The notes under the pieces were generated by a model. The model was not told the DNA's origin. It saw only the letters and a program-made list of their open reading frames with translations, and ran no database searches. A stretch of DNA of 64,000 nucleotides from Gammaproteobacteria bacterium (GTDB taxonomy: Bacteria; Pseudomonadota; Gammaproteobacteria; Eutrophobiales; Eutrophobiaceae), in NCBI GenBank assembly GCA_963422205.2, contig CAXMWX010000001.1, forward strand, positions 512,001 to 576,000, written 5' to 3'. Below, one piece after another: positions 51,954 through 64,000 of the stretch. How positions within the stretch are numbered: position 1 is the first letter of the stretch; every line of letters starts with the position of its first letter. The translations under genes and the position numbers were made by a program.

Positions 51954-53699
51954 TCATCTGGTTATCAGTTGTGGAAAGGCGATCATATCGCCTAACAGAA
52001 ATCTGGAGAGCAACCTGGCCTGCAATTCAAGCAGGCGCCGATAACTCAGCCGGTAGCCAAACAGCGGGTGCGTTATCTCCTGGCTTAGGCGTCTTTCATA
52101 GGCGGCGATAAAACGCTTGCGCCCATCGGCGGTTAAATTAACACTGCCAGCGGCGGCGACAAAGTCGCTTGGCCTGAGCTCGCCATTGTTAATCACGGTA
52201 AGCACGGTGGAGTCCGCTATGAGTGGTCGGAACGGCTCCATCATGTCCAACGCCAGGGCCGGTCGGCCATAGCGGGGCTGATGATAAAACCCGCGGTAAG
52301 CATCAAAGCCGACTGCCGTTAAGGTCACCGTCCAGGTCTTCACCAGCAAGGCATAGGCGTATGAGAGCATGGCATTGACCGCATCGGCGGGCGGGCGGCG
52401 GTTGCGGCTGGCAAAATCAAAGGTGATGTTCTGGTGTGCTTCCTGGTGTTTAATGAGATAGTCAAATGCGCCGAAATAGTTCGCTGCCGCGTTGCCCTCC
52501 ACCCCCAGCAGCTGCTGGATGGATGAGGCCCGGCCAGCCTGGTCGGCATCGCGCCGCAGGGTCTTTATCAGTGGCTTGCTGCTGTGTTCTGCCTTCCAGT
52601 TACGGCGCAACAAGGTACGGCAATTCAAAATCTTCGCACGCACCAGGCCCCTGGCTAACGTCAAACACACCTGCTCATCAAAACTCGCCTTGTATTGGGC
52701 GGTGCGTATTTCAACATTCTTATGACCCACGCCAATGCTGTGTCCTAAAAACCAGCCGCCGTAAGAGTGCCAGCTCACCGGTATTTCCCGCCGCATCAAC
52801 TCATGCAGGGTCGGCGTTGTCAGATAAATATTGCCCATCAATATCACCTGCGAGACATCCACCAGACGGGCGTGGGTCACCGGCTCATCGCCAATGGAAA
52901 TCTCCAGCCGCTCGCCGCGCTTGCGAACAGCCGCCTTATGCGCCTGAACATACAGCGGCAGGGCGGTATCATGGCCGATGGTCAGCAGCCTTGGCGGGGT
53001 ATCGGTTCTGTGAAAAAAATTCACCTCATCCGGCAGGCAAATACCCACCAGCGAACAGCGCGGACACTTAGGGCTGTCTTCGAGCGGGGGCGGCATCTGG
53101 CCGCCCGCGGCGATCAACCGCATCCCATTGATCGCGGACAATGTCGCATTATGCAGTTCCTCATCAAATCGTACCGCTACCTTCTCTTTCGAGCCGGCAA
53201 AATACAGAAAACCCGAATCGCACTCATAGCCATGCTCTTGCAGCAACATGCCTTGCAGGCACAGTTGCACGCGCTCCGGCGCATAAGCGCCCTTGGCAAC
53301 GTGCGGTCGTTTGCCTTTTTTATAATCCACCGGTATCACCTTGCCCGCCTCCGCCTCCACCAGGTCCAGCTTGGCAATGACGCCGAGGCGCTCTGATGAC
53401 AGCGTGACGGAGCGTGAATGAAAAGCATCATCCTGGTTCAGCTCGGTCGCTGCCGGTAATTTGTTATCCGGCGTATCAACGCGCCGATGCTGATAACGGC
53501 CGGCCACGGTATCGGCGGATTCAGCCCATTCGCCCTGCACCCATTCAAGGTAGGCAAGGCGCGGACAATACTGGTATTCATTCACCATCCGTGCAGGCAA
53601 CAGCGGCAGCGCTGCTGAGAGTTCCGGTGCAGGCAAGGGCAATGTTATCTGGGTATCCGTCATGTCAGAACATTGGTTTATTTTTCCGACCGCTATCAT
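51954..53699 (-). CDS. cas4/cas1: Cas4-Cas1 fusion (type I-G)
   Basis: Cas4 YCPR...DYKKG...CPRCSLVGIC; Cas1 LLGVEG, RNRRPPADAVNAMLSYAY, LALDMMEPFR. Start may be 53663. Confidence 0.96.
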   Translation of the reverse strand: MIAVGKINQCSDMTDTQITLPLPAPELSAALPLLPARMVNEYQYCPRLAYLEWVQGEWAESADTVAGRYQHRRVDTPDNKLPAATELNQDDAFHSRSVTLSSERLGVIAKLDLVEAEAGKVIPVDYKKGKRPHVAKGAYAPERVQLCLQGMLLQEHGYECDSGFLYFAGSKEKVAVRFDEELHNATLSAINGMRLIAAGGQMPPPLEDSPKCPRCSLVGICLPDEVNFFHRTDTPPRLLTIGHDTALPLYVQAHKAAVRKRGERLEISIGDEPVTHARLVDVSQVILMGNIYLTTPTLHELMRREIPVSWHSYGGWFLGHSIGVGHKNVEIRTAQYKASFDEQVCLTLARGLVRAKILNCRTLLRRNWKAEHSSKPLIKTLRRDADQAGRASSIQQLLGVEGNAAANYFGAFDYLIKHQEAHQNITFDFASRNRRPPADAVNAMLSYAYALLVKTWTVTLTAVGFDAYRGFYHQPRYGRPALALDMMEPFRPLIADSTVLTVINNGELRPSDFVAAAGSVNLTADGRKRFIAAYERRLSQEITHPLFGYRLSYRRLLELQARLLSRFLLGDMIAFPQLITR

Positions 53700-53863
53700 A
53701 GCAGTAATGCTGGGCAGGCTTTAGCGAAGATGCGGTGGATGACGCTAAGGCAGCATCGTGTTTACAGGCAAGTGAAATAAGGCAGCGGTATGTATGCCAT
53801 ACGCCCTGGCTTTAATTACTTGTACTTCATAACTCGCTGCCGCCCGGTGTTACCTCTCATCCG

Positions 53864-54808
53864 TTATGTTGCTGGCTCAACGGGGACAGCAGCCGTGAAG
53901 TTACGGTATTTGCCAACAGTAATGCGCTGAGAGCGGTATATTTCACCAATACCACGCGCTTGAAGTGCATCAAAGTCTTGGTGTGTAAAGACAGGTTTTT
54001 GCAGTACTTTTATTGTTAAAAGAGAACGTACAGTATCCAAACCCACAGGAAAGCGCCACATCGGCCAGGCCCAGAAGGTATCTTTACTGCCTTTCCCCCG
54101 AAAACCTATGGTGTGCAATTGCTGGCCTACCGGGGCAGTTGACATAAGCGGAAGTCCTTCAATCGCCAATCTGTTTGCTCCCCGAACCGTCATGATGGTA
54201 TCTCCACTCGGATCCCTCCATCTAAGTGCGTAACGCCGGTCATCTACAGGGTCCCAACGGAGACTTGGTTTTTCATCAGCGTATGTCCACTGATGAAACA
54301 GGGCGCTTTTCAGATCGGTTTTTTTCGTTTCCTCTCTTATCTTTCGCATGGACTTCAAAAAATGCTGGTGTCCTGCACCACTCATGGTTCTCAAGGCAGT
54401 ATCCACAATCATACCTTTATCGTCTGTAACTGCCTCAGAGCCAAGGGCCGCCAAAAATCTTACATATTCTTGCTCGTCAAACCTTGCTCGTTCCAAGGCA
54501 TCAGCAGCAATTTTACGGAAGCAGTCAGGAGAGAATTTTATGTTATCGCTCAGTTCAAATGCTTCACTACCGGGGGATTTTTCTAAGAACAGGGCTAATT
54601 GTTCAAGCAGCTCATCTTGCGTTATGGCGATGCCAAATTTCAATGCCGGATTCCACACCGCCCGGGCACACCAGTAAAGTTTGGGATCCCATGCAGGCTT
54701 GCATAATGAACAGGAACGCAAAGTGCCCAAGGCCGCCAAAAAACCCAATGGGTTGGCACCGTTAATTCCGACCAGGATATGCTCGTTCTGTTTTTTCTGC
54801 TGATTCAT
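53864..54808 (-). CDS. cas8g: Type I-G large subunit, short Cas8g (Csb3-like)
   Basis: GANPLGFLAALG, SLRWDP, GANRLAIEGLP; coupled to the cas3 stop. Confidence 0.8.
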   Translation of the reverse strand: MNQQKKQNEHILVGINGANPLGFLAALGTLRSCSLCKPAWDPKLYWCARAVWNPALKFGIAITQDELLEQLALFLEKSPGSEAFELSDNIKFSPDCFRKIAADALERARFDEQEYVRFLAALGSEAVTDDKGMIVDTALRTMSGAGHQHFLKSMRKIREETKKTDLKSALFHQWTYADEKPSLRWDPVDDRRYALRWRDPSGDTIMTVRGANRLAIEGLPLMSTAPVGQQLHTIGFRGKGSKDTFWAWPMWRFPVGLDTVRSLLTIKVLQKPVFTHQDFDALQARGIGEIYRSQRITVGKYRNFTAAVPVEPAT

Positions 54809-57717
54809 CAGGCAACCTGCCGTTCAATTTGCTGGTGCTTTTGCTCTTCTTCACTGCTTCTCCAATCCGCCAGGCGCATCAAAGTCTCCAGCCATGCCAA
54901 CCCCCACCAGCCATAACGGCGCACCAGCAGCCAGAAGCGCTCACTGATGCCGCTATCTATACGTTCAAGCCCTGTATTAGTATCGGCACTGAGTTCATGA
55001 CTATCAAAAGTCATTGTCACTTTTTGCGGTGCTTGATCGTGAATGACCGGTGCAAATGGACGGCAACGACCATGATGGCTGGCGATAAGGTGCAATACCA
55101 AGTCCGAGTCATGCGCCTGGCGCAGTAATACCGGTGCGCTTTCCGCCAGGCGCACGGAGAGCAGTTCATGCCGACCGCCTTTGGGGTAGCGGCTGCTTTT
55201 ACGGGCGGCGCGACGCTGCCTTGGGCTTGCCGATATTCGTCCGGACTTGGCAAGTAACTTTCCTGATGCTTTTGCCAGCCAGGGATTACCCTGATGCAGC
55301 AATGCCTGAAAGCGAGGATCGATCTTGCCCAAATCGTGTAGCCGTGCCGCCAGGATGATATCCTCACGCAGTTTCACATCCAAACCCTCAGTAAAACATC
55401 TCGCCCAGCGTCCCACGCCTTCCAGGTGTTCTGTCAATTCCACCGGCACAGTGGCCGAGGATAAATCATCTTCATCGCTGAAGGATGAATGCTCTTCATC
55501 ACTCGGCAGGTTTTTACTACCCTGCAATATCCAGCCGCCACAGGGATGCGGCAAACAGCGCAGTTTTTTATCGCTTGCAAGCGCCGAAGCGATTTCTTTC
55601 AGCCAGTCCGGCTCCGCCGTCTTGCTGAGTGTATCCAGTGGCTGACGTAACACCTGATACGCATCGTCTGCTGGAATATCGGTCTGCTCAACAAACTGCA
55701 TAAAGAAATCACGCATCTCCCCCGTCGGCCAGCGCACCAACAATGCCGGATGAATGCGTAATACAGGGCGTCTTTTCATTTTGAATACGGCCTGCTCGGC
55801 GCAATCTTCCCAAGCACCTTGCGGAATATGCCCCAGGTCATCCCAGCCTTTTTGCGTTGCTGGTAATACCACCACATCACCGGGACGCAGGTCGGCAGGT
55901 TCTTGGTAAATCCGGCTTTGCTCATCTTCCGGGCCGAACCAGCGAATGAATCGCCTCTCCTGATTGCTCTTGCTCTGCACATCGTCAGCCAACCTCTGCC
56001 CGTCAACATCACTGAGTTGATCAGTGACATCGCTGCCCTGTAACCATGAACGCATCACCGCCAGAGGCACCGGCATACACTCCATCGCCAGCGGCATGCA
56101 CAGCCCCAGCGCTTCTATGCAGGATGACTCATCCTTTATTATCAAATCAGCACGCCAGCACACCAGCACATCCGCCGGGCCACGCTTTGGACCGTGCAGA
56201 AAAACGGCAACATCGGGATCGGGTGCCGGTTTGGGCGAGGTTTGCACCAATAAATCCAGATGGGAAGGCAACAGCACCGGCGCATTTTGGGCAGGCGTGG
56301 AGAGTGGTTGTAATAATTCCCGACAAGCATCTTCCTCAGCAGGCAGTAACTGCTGAAATTGCTTGATGCCGAAATCAATCTGTTCTCGTCCATCTTTGGT
56401 TAGCCATTGCCAGGTGTTGGCCAGAGCCTCGCCGTACACCGGATCGGGCGACTCTGTTTTAATTTGATCCTGCCGCACCATGATCACGCCACGGGCATCA
56501 ATCTGACAGCCACCGCGATTCAAGCGCCCGAACCGTTGCCGCAAGGCATCCAGCCCGGCACACTCAGTAACCAGCACATCAAAATCCAGATTGGCACCCA
56601 CTTCCAGGGTCTGCGTGGCCACCACCACGACCGGTCGTTCGAGGCTACGCTCAGCATCACCGCTACGCACCGCCAGTTTATGTATCCATTCACCAACGAT
56701 GGCATCCTTGTCCACAGTACGCATACGACCGGTGAGCAACACACTGTCAATATCACCCCGGGCCTGCAAATCCTGGTAAATCAGACATGCGGTTTTCACC
56801 CGGTTGACGATCACACCTATTGCCTGCACACCGCTTTCAAGGAAGATCTCTATCTCGCCGTTCATCGCCTTGGCCAATTCGGGTAGCGCCGCCTTGTCTT
56901 TGGCTTTTTTCGCCTCCTTTAACTCAACCGGCTTGGATGCCATGATTCTCGGCCCCAGCACCTCATGGCTTTTATCATCATCGTCAATCCTGAATATCTC
57001 ATCCTCGCTCACCTCATCCGGCGGTGTTGCCGACAGCATGGTATGGACGAAGGGGGCGGCCAGCTTTTCGCTTTCCGCCCATCGGCGGTATTTGCCAATC
57101 GCCTGCAAGGTTTGTCGGAACGGATTGGCACAATGTGCCTCATCAAGGATAATCAGAGCATCGTTGGCCGCCATTGCCGCGTGTATGGGCACCGTATAAT
57201 CAGAGCGTAAGCCGTAACCCCGGTATAACAGCCTAGAGCCGATCTGATCGACCGTGCTGGCGATAACGCAGGGTTGCAACGGATTTCTTATCCATTGATC
57301 ATCGCGATAGATCCCGCCACGTAGCTGCACACAGGCCAACGGCAAGGGGCCGCTTGCCAGTGTACGCAAACGTTGGGCAACGGTGTGCAATATACCCACC
57401 TCGGCTTGCTCAAGTTTGGCGGCGATTCTCTGCGCCCGTTCATAAGCCTCATCAACGATGATCCGGCGATCAACCACAAAAAAGATCCGCCGGGGCGCTG
57501 CACACTGGGCTAACTGCTGCTCTGCCTGACTGGCCAGGGCGAACAAGGCGATATCCATGCAAGCGGTTTTACCAGCACCAGTGGGCACGGCAATACAGGG
57601 TGGCCACGGCTCGCCCTTCGCGATTCGCAAGGCCAGTTTTTTCTGCCAGGGGAAGGGAGCATAGCCATGCAGTGCCTGAAAAAAATCCGTAAACTGCTCT
57701 GCTTGCAAGGCTGGCAT
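54808..57717 (-). CDS. cas3: Type I-G Cas3 (helicase first, HD domain C-terminal)
   Basis: PFPWQ, VPTGAGKT, LDEAH, SATP, QRFGRLNR; C-terminal HL...LHDLGK...HE...HHG...LADW. Confidence 0.96.
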   Translation of the reverse strand: MPALQAEQFTDFFQALHGYAPFPWQKKLALRIAKGEPWPPCIAVPTGAGKTACMDIALFALASQAEQQLAQCAAPRRIFFVVDRRIIVDEAYERAQRIAAKLEQAEVGILHTVAQRLRTLASGPLPLACVQLRGGIYRDDQWIRNPLQPCVIASTVDQIGSRLLYRGYGLRSDYTVPIHAAMAANDALIILDEAHCANPFRQTLQAIGKYRRWAESEKLAAPFVHTMLSATPPDEVSEDEIFRIDDDDKSHEVLGPRIMASKPVELKEAKKAKDKAALPELAKAMNGEIEIFLESGVQAIGVIVNRVKTACLIYQDLQARGDIDSVLLTGRMRTVDKDAIVGEWIHKLAVRSGDAERSLERPVVVVATQTLEVGANLDFDVLVTECAGLDALRQRFGRLNRGGCQIDARGVIMVRQDQIKTESPDPVYGEALANTWQWLTKDGREQIDFGIKQFQQLLPAEEDACRELLQPLSTPAQNAPVLLPSHLDLLVQTSPKPAPDPDVAVFLHGPKRGPADVLVCWRADLIIKDESSCIEALGLCMPLAMECMPVPLAVMRSWLQGSDVTDQLSDVDGQRLADDVQSKSNQERRFIRWFGPEDEQSRIYQEPADLRPGDVVVLPATQKGWDDLGHIPQGAWEDCAEQAVFKMKRRPVLRIHPALLVRWPTGEMRDFFMQFVEQTDIPADDAYQVLRQPLDTLSKTAEPDWLKEIASALASDKKLRCLPHPCGGWILQGSKNLPSDEEHSSFSDEDDLSSATVPVELTEHLEGVGRWARCFTEGLDVKLREDIILAARLHDLGKIDPRFQALLHQGNPWLAKASGKLLAKSGRISASPRQRRAARKSSRYPKGGRHELLSVRLAESAPVLLRQAHDSDLVLHLIASHHGRCRPFAPVIHDQAPQKVTMTFDSHELSADTNTGLERIDSGISERFWLLVRRYGWWGLAWLETLMRLADWRSSEEEQKHQQIERQVA

Positions 57718-59297
57718 TACGAGCGTTCTTCACGCATGGGACGCAACAGGCCATAGCCACGAAAGCGCCCGGCACCCAGCAATATAGGCCCCTGTACCGG
57801 CTGGGAAAACTCCAATACTACATGACTATGGCGCATGGTACCGCCACCCTGCTTGCGTTGCATGGGGGGATAAACATGCTGAGGCGGTACGCCGATGATC
57901 GGGCTGATACCTGTAGCCAAAACATGCGCTGGTCGCGGCAGGCTGATACGCTCACAGGCCAAGGTGAGCATTCCGGCAATTTGTTTGTCTTTATCCTTAC
58001 CCTTGGGATGCCGATCAAACACCACGGGTGTGACCGAGGCCCAACAGGTAGCGGGGCGATTCCAGGTATCCGCCCTCAAGGCAAACGGCGGAAAATCAGC
58101 AAGTTCCAACTGCACTTGCCAATCAAACAAACGGCCATGATAAAGCCGAAGTGGCTGTTGATGACCGGCATCATCGAATTGCGTCAGCCAGCCGAAATAA
58201 TGATGCAAGGCATCTTGCGGTGCGGTTCTCGGCAGGGCGATGGCAACGCCAAGCAGGTGACCATCGGCATGTTCACGACCCACATGCGGCAGGGGAAACA
58301 TGGCGATATGGGGTTGGCGGGATGGCGCACCTTGGCGGCTGTGGCCGCTAATCCACTCAGGGATTGGCGGTTTGCAATTCTTCAACAGCGTATCTCGCAG
58401 CGTTTTCGTCAGTAGCAACGTGCTTTCAAGCCCTAGCGGTCTGCCGCTGATGCGCTTGATGATAATCAATCTGGGATCAAATAAACTGCCCAGTATTTCT
58501 CTGGCAGCACCGCTGTCTTTAATTCTTGCATAGCCCTGCGCTCTTCCCCGCTCAGGGCGCAGGCGCTTTGGTTCGCCGGCAGGAAATTCGTTGTTAATCT
58601 GTTCTTTTAATCTGCGTCTATCATTTCTTGTGGCGCTTTCATGTTCTGCCTTCAACCCATGGTATTCATCAATCGCCGCTTCGTTATAAAAGCGTTTAAG
58701 CGCATCTAACCGGCCAGGCCACGGAACACGGAGGCTGTAATCACGTCGGTCGTCACTCGGCACAAGACTTCCCCCGGGCGGATTCTGACAGAGCCAGACC
58801 TGCACCAGCGATGCCGAGTGTCCAAGCGAAGTCACATTGCGGCATAAATGAACCAGAGCGTTTTCCCATTCCAAAGGCTGGCTATCTGTCCAGATGAAGT
58901 ACACCCGGGGGTCATCGGGGATGGCAACGGGGAAATGCCTGGGTTGCCGTGAGCGCTTTTCCGGTAACAAGGAAAGACCGCTTTTTAACTGTTCTTTTGA
59001 GGGAGTTCCGTTTTCTCTTAATCTTGGCATCTGCACATCATTCACCGGTACATAGCTGGTCACTGTTTTTCGCGGTTTTGCCAGTGAGCAGTATAATGAT
59101 GGTGCGCCCTGATGCTCCAGCCATTGTAACGCCTGTTCGGCCTCGGTCCTCGGGACATCATCAGCCTGAAAACAAGCGGCGGTCAAGGCCATAAACAAAC
59201 GCTCTGGATGCGGCGGCCATTCGGCCTGCTGTTTCTTGGCCCCGTCCGCCGCCGCCATTGACCAGCCCATCAGGTAATGTACGCCGATGGTCAGCAT
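57717..59297 (-). CDS. csb2: Csb2 (Cas5-Cas6 fusion), intact
   Basis: EWPPHPERLFMAL, YVPVND, WASVTP, C-terminal G-loop LGAGRFRGYGL. Confidence 0.92.
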   Translation of the reverse strand: MLTIGVHYLMGWSMAAADGAKKQQAEWPPHPERLFMALTAACFQADDVPRTEAEQALQWLEHQGAPSLYCSLAKPRKTVTSYVPVNDVQMPRLRENGTPSKEQLKSGLSLLPEKRSRQPRHFPVAIPDDPRVYFIWTDSQPLEWENALVHLCRNVTSLGHSASLVQVWLCQNPPGGSLVPSDDRRDYSLRVPWPGRLDALKRFYNEAAIDEYHGLKAEHESATRNDRRRLKEQINNEFPAGEPKRLRPERGRAQGYARIKDSGAAREILGSLFDPRLIIIKRISGRPLGLESTLLLTKTLRDTLLKNCKPPIPEWISGHSRQGAPSRQPHIAMFPLPHVGREHADGHLLGVAIALPRTAPQDALHHYFGWLTQFDDAGHQQPLRLYHGRLFDWQVQLELADFPPFALRADTWNRPATCWASVTPVVFDRHPKGKDKDKQIAGMLTLACERISLPRPAHVLATGISPIIGVPPQHVYPPMQRKQGGGTMRHSHVVLEFSQPVQGPILLGAGRFRGYGLLRPMREERS

Positions 59298-59300
59298 TAC

Positions 59301-60527
59301 TTAATCTTCCGCACCTGTTTGGATTGCCGTCTGTTTCTGGCTGCGTCTGACTAAATCAACCAGTTGCGGAGAGGGTGAAAGTACCAGTTTTTGCTCCATC
59401 CATGGCAGGTTTCTCTCTCTCGCCTCATCCAGGGCCCGGTTAAATACGGCAATCGCCTGTTCGGCGTTGAGTGTAAAACGGGCCGGTGCTGTCTCGGGAT
59501 CATCCAGCAATTCCCACACAAATGAACTTTGTGGGAACAGCTGGCAGCGCGAGCGCAGATCCAGCCCTTTCTCTCGCATCAGGGTTGCCGCCAGCAAACC
59601 AAGCCCCGCCAATACCGTCCTTGCTGCCCGGTTGGTTTCCACATCAGAGCGCGTATCGCCAAACGGAAAACACAAACGGCGCAACGCTGGCAGGGAAAGC
59701 ACGGTAGTCTGCAAGGCTTTGTCCATGGTGATCCCGCCGCCTTCGCCTTCTTTGGAGATTGAAGGCACCACATTCCCATGATTTACTTCTGACGGCTTGC
59801 CGTCTTTACCGCACTGAACGGGCTTATCTTTTTCCCTTCTTGCGTCACTCTCATTAAGTGTCCAGCTACCATTTTGCGCTTGATACACGGGGCCTGCACT
59901 CTTTACTATCGCCGCCGGATCAATGCGGCTGCCGGTTTTCACACCTATCTTTGCATTGATGCCGATGATCTCCGATACCAGAGCGCGCGCAAACTTCGCT
60001 CCCAACCCACCACGCGGGCCAGCCGAATCCCACATCCCGAATACCAACGCTGTCGGGCATAATTCCAGTAAGGGCGTGGCATTTTTATTGCTGACATCAT
60101 CAAGCCTTCTGCCATGTTCGGTGCTGCGGAACAGAACACCGTTCCGTTGGCTATCCCGCAACAGGGCATCGGCGATACGGTGCGGTGCCTCCAGGCTGGT
60201 GATGTGCAGGTCTTTTGCCAATTCATGGCCCGCAAAATCCACAGTAATCACTGGCAGAGAGATGTGGCCATCATCCCAGGCTTCCAGCAAGGCGAGTTCC
60301 ATATGATTCGCTTCTGACTGTACCGAGTTTAGTAATACGCAAGGTACCGGCATATCATAACCTGGTAACACACGCTCTTCGATGGCATACTTGCCACCTT
60401 CATAGGTTGGCGGGAAAACTTTATCACCCGGCCCGCCCATCGGCTGATATTCCGTCACGCAACGAAAGGCCGCCGCTGTGCCTGCAACCGCACTCTTCAC
60501 CACATCAAATGTTAGTTCACCAGTCAT
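59301..60527 (-). CDS. csb1: Csb1 / Cas7g backbone, intact
   Basis: KVFPPTY, SVQSEANHME, PHRIADA, PTALVFGMWDS, LRSRCQL. Confidence 0.93.
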   Translation of the reverse strand: MTGELTFDVVKSAVAGTAAAFRCVTEYQPMGGPGDKVFPPTYEGGKYAIEERVLPGYDMPVPCVLLNSVQSEANHMELALLEAWDDGHISLPVITVDFAGHELAKDLHITSLEAPHRIADALLRDSQRNGVLFRSTEHGRRLDDVSNKNATPLLELCPTALVFGMWDSAGPRGGLGAKFARALVSEIIGINAKIGVKTGSRIDPAAIVKSAGPVYQAQNGSWTLNESDARREKDKPVQCGKDGKPSEVNHGNVVPSISKEGEGGGITMDKALQTTVLSLPALRRLCFPFGDTRSDVETNRAARTVLAGLGLLAATLMREKGLDLRSRCQLFPQSSFVWELLDDPETAPARFTLNAEQAIAVFNRALDEARERNLPWMEQKLVLSPSPQLVDLVRRSQKQTAIQTGAED

Positions 60528-60631
60528 GCCTATCTCCTCATCGGAAAGTGAAATACATTGAAAAATTAACGCATTATATTATATTTCGCCCCACTAGGCT
60601 CATAACACCTGTTCGAAATCCATATCATTCA

Positions 60632-60766
60632 TCACAGCATCACTGCCGTCTTTCCCATGCCAGTGGGTACGGCCAGCACGGTCGGCCAGGCCGCCTCGAC
60701 CAGACGGGATTGATACGCATAGGGTTCGTCCCCCGTCGCCTTCTTAAAGAATTGTGAATAATTCAT
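60632..60766 (-). pseudogene. cas3: N-terminal 44-aa relic of another Cas3
   Basis: Manual translation MNYSQFFKKATGDEPYAYQSRLVEAAWPTVLAVPTGMGKTAVML*: Q-motif plus Walker A, paralleling the N-terminus of the intact Cas3. Confidence 0.8.
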
Positions 60767-60769
60767 GAA

Positions 60770-61963
60770 TCAATACACCTTATAATGATGCAGCATACGC
60801 TGCTTCCTCTGCTTCGTTGCCTTGATGAGCATCCAGTTGATTTCACCGGTCGCGGTATCGATATCCTGCGGCATGGCAAAGGCCCAAGCAATATCACCCT
60901 CAATGAGCGGACATGCCGTCGGGATCTGCACCAGCAGGCGGCGGATAGCCCGGTCGGCATGTTGATGACCGATAGAGGGCAGGGGGATAATCTGTAGCCG
61001 CCTTGCCTTGTCGTCTTCGGTCGCATGACGGCACAGGCCAAACACCTGTTCAATAATACTGGTTTTATCGGGAAATTGTTTTTTCAGTTTTGCCGCCGCA
61101 TTATCCCGTACCGTTGTGACCAGGCGCACGCAGTCCTTAAGCGGCCAGCTAAAATAACTGTTCCCGTCGGCAGTCATGTTTCGCAACTCATATAACAAGC
61201 GCCCTGGCGGGCTGTTATAGCTGATTTGACGGAAATGTGGCCTTGGCGGTTGCGTAAAAACCTGGTCGGCGGGCTTTTTTCTGTTGGGGGCTTTCTTTGT
61301 CGGGGCGGGTTTCAGAATCGTGGTAATGCGATTTCTATTCTTCTCATAGCGTTTAATCAGGCTGCAAAGTGAACCGGAGGCCGGGCAGGCCAGCGTATAA
61401 GCGCTCTCGCTGCCTCCCGGACGATAGATCACGCCAGGATAATCAGCCAGGCGGTTGTTCGTTGCTTCCGTTGCCAGAACTTCAGCACTCGCCCAGGCCA
61501 TGTCGACGCCACGCCCGAATTGATAAAGTCGCTTCGCTATCTGGCCTATTCGCCTGGCATGGTTGTTATCGTCCTTACATTGCCAGATGTAGAAAAAGGG
61601 TATCTCCTGATTAAAAACTAGTGGCTGATGCCGCTTGGCTGCTCGGATTTTCGCAACCGCATTTTCGATTTTCCAATCATGTTCCTTTTTCGGCAACTCC
61701 ACATCAAGATCATTATTCGGCATGAAATTCTTAAAGTCTTGTCCTGTTGTCATCGCTGGCGCAGCGATGACCGGCGAATCAAGCCCTTCCAGCCATGTGA
61801 GTGCTTCTCTATCTTTCTCATCCAGCCGCGCCCCTTTTGCCGCACCAGCGACCAATGCCTGAAACAGGCGTGCCGGTGATGGCGGCCATTCGGGCCTGCC
61901 TTTTGTGTCGAAGCCGTGGTAGCGGCCATCAAGCAGATTAACGGTAAGCAGAAGACTCGGCAT
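60770..61963 (-). pseudogene. csb2: Csb2 of the second I-G module, C-terminally truncated
   Basis: GRYHG, EWPPSPARLFQAL, MPNNDLD, GRGVDMAWA, LPSIGHQHAD; ends without the Cas6 G-loop. Confidence 0.78.
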
Positions 61964-61971
61964 GACTAGCC

Positions 61972-63996
<2,025 letters not shown>

Positions 63997-64000
63997 TGGC

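Overview
A bacterial chromosomal window, probably from a Gammaproteobacterium (inferred from the Pseudomonas-type nrdA, cmoB, trhO and DUF1285 genes; marine habitat is a weaker inference). Left to right: the 5' half of nrdA on the minus strand (missing from the ORF track) with tandem NrdR boxes; lpdA; a padBCD-like molybdoenzyme operon; two cell-surface genes; a TonB receptor and a 3-hydroxyacyl-CoA dehydrogenase/enoyl-CoA hydratase fusion. Next is a ~20 kb catabolic island (15.9-35.6 kb) built around an HpsN-like HisD paralogue and a LacI regulator, with four double-SnoaL proteins, a MetE-II-like Zn enzyme, an aldolase, an amidohydrolase, a bicupin, an SSS symporter and a TonB receptor. One 12-bp operator found four times links these genes. 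Housekeeping trhO-cmoB follow, then a ~11.8 kb type I-G CRISPR array (about 163 repeats and 162 spacers by manual count) and a type I-G cas locus with one intact module plus relics of two other modules. The most notable observations are: (i) the uncharacterised SnoaL/HpsN regulon; (ii) a 37+35 bp repeat-insert-repeat inside a glycosyltransferase that has the dimensions of an off-target Cas1-Cas2 integration; (iii) block-wise switching of the repeat's terminal base, apparently captured from a protospacer; (iv) a TTN PAM that can be read from overlapping spacers; (v) layered replacement of Cascade modules. All family assignments come from motif recognition by eye; no database searches were run.
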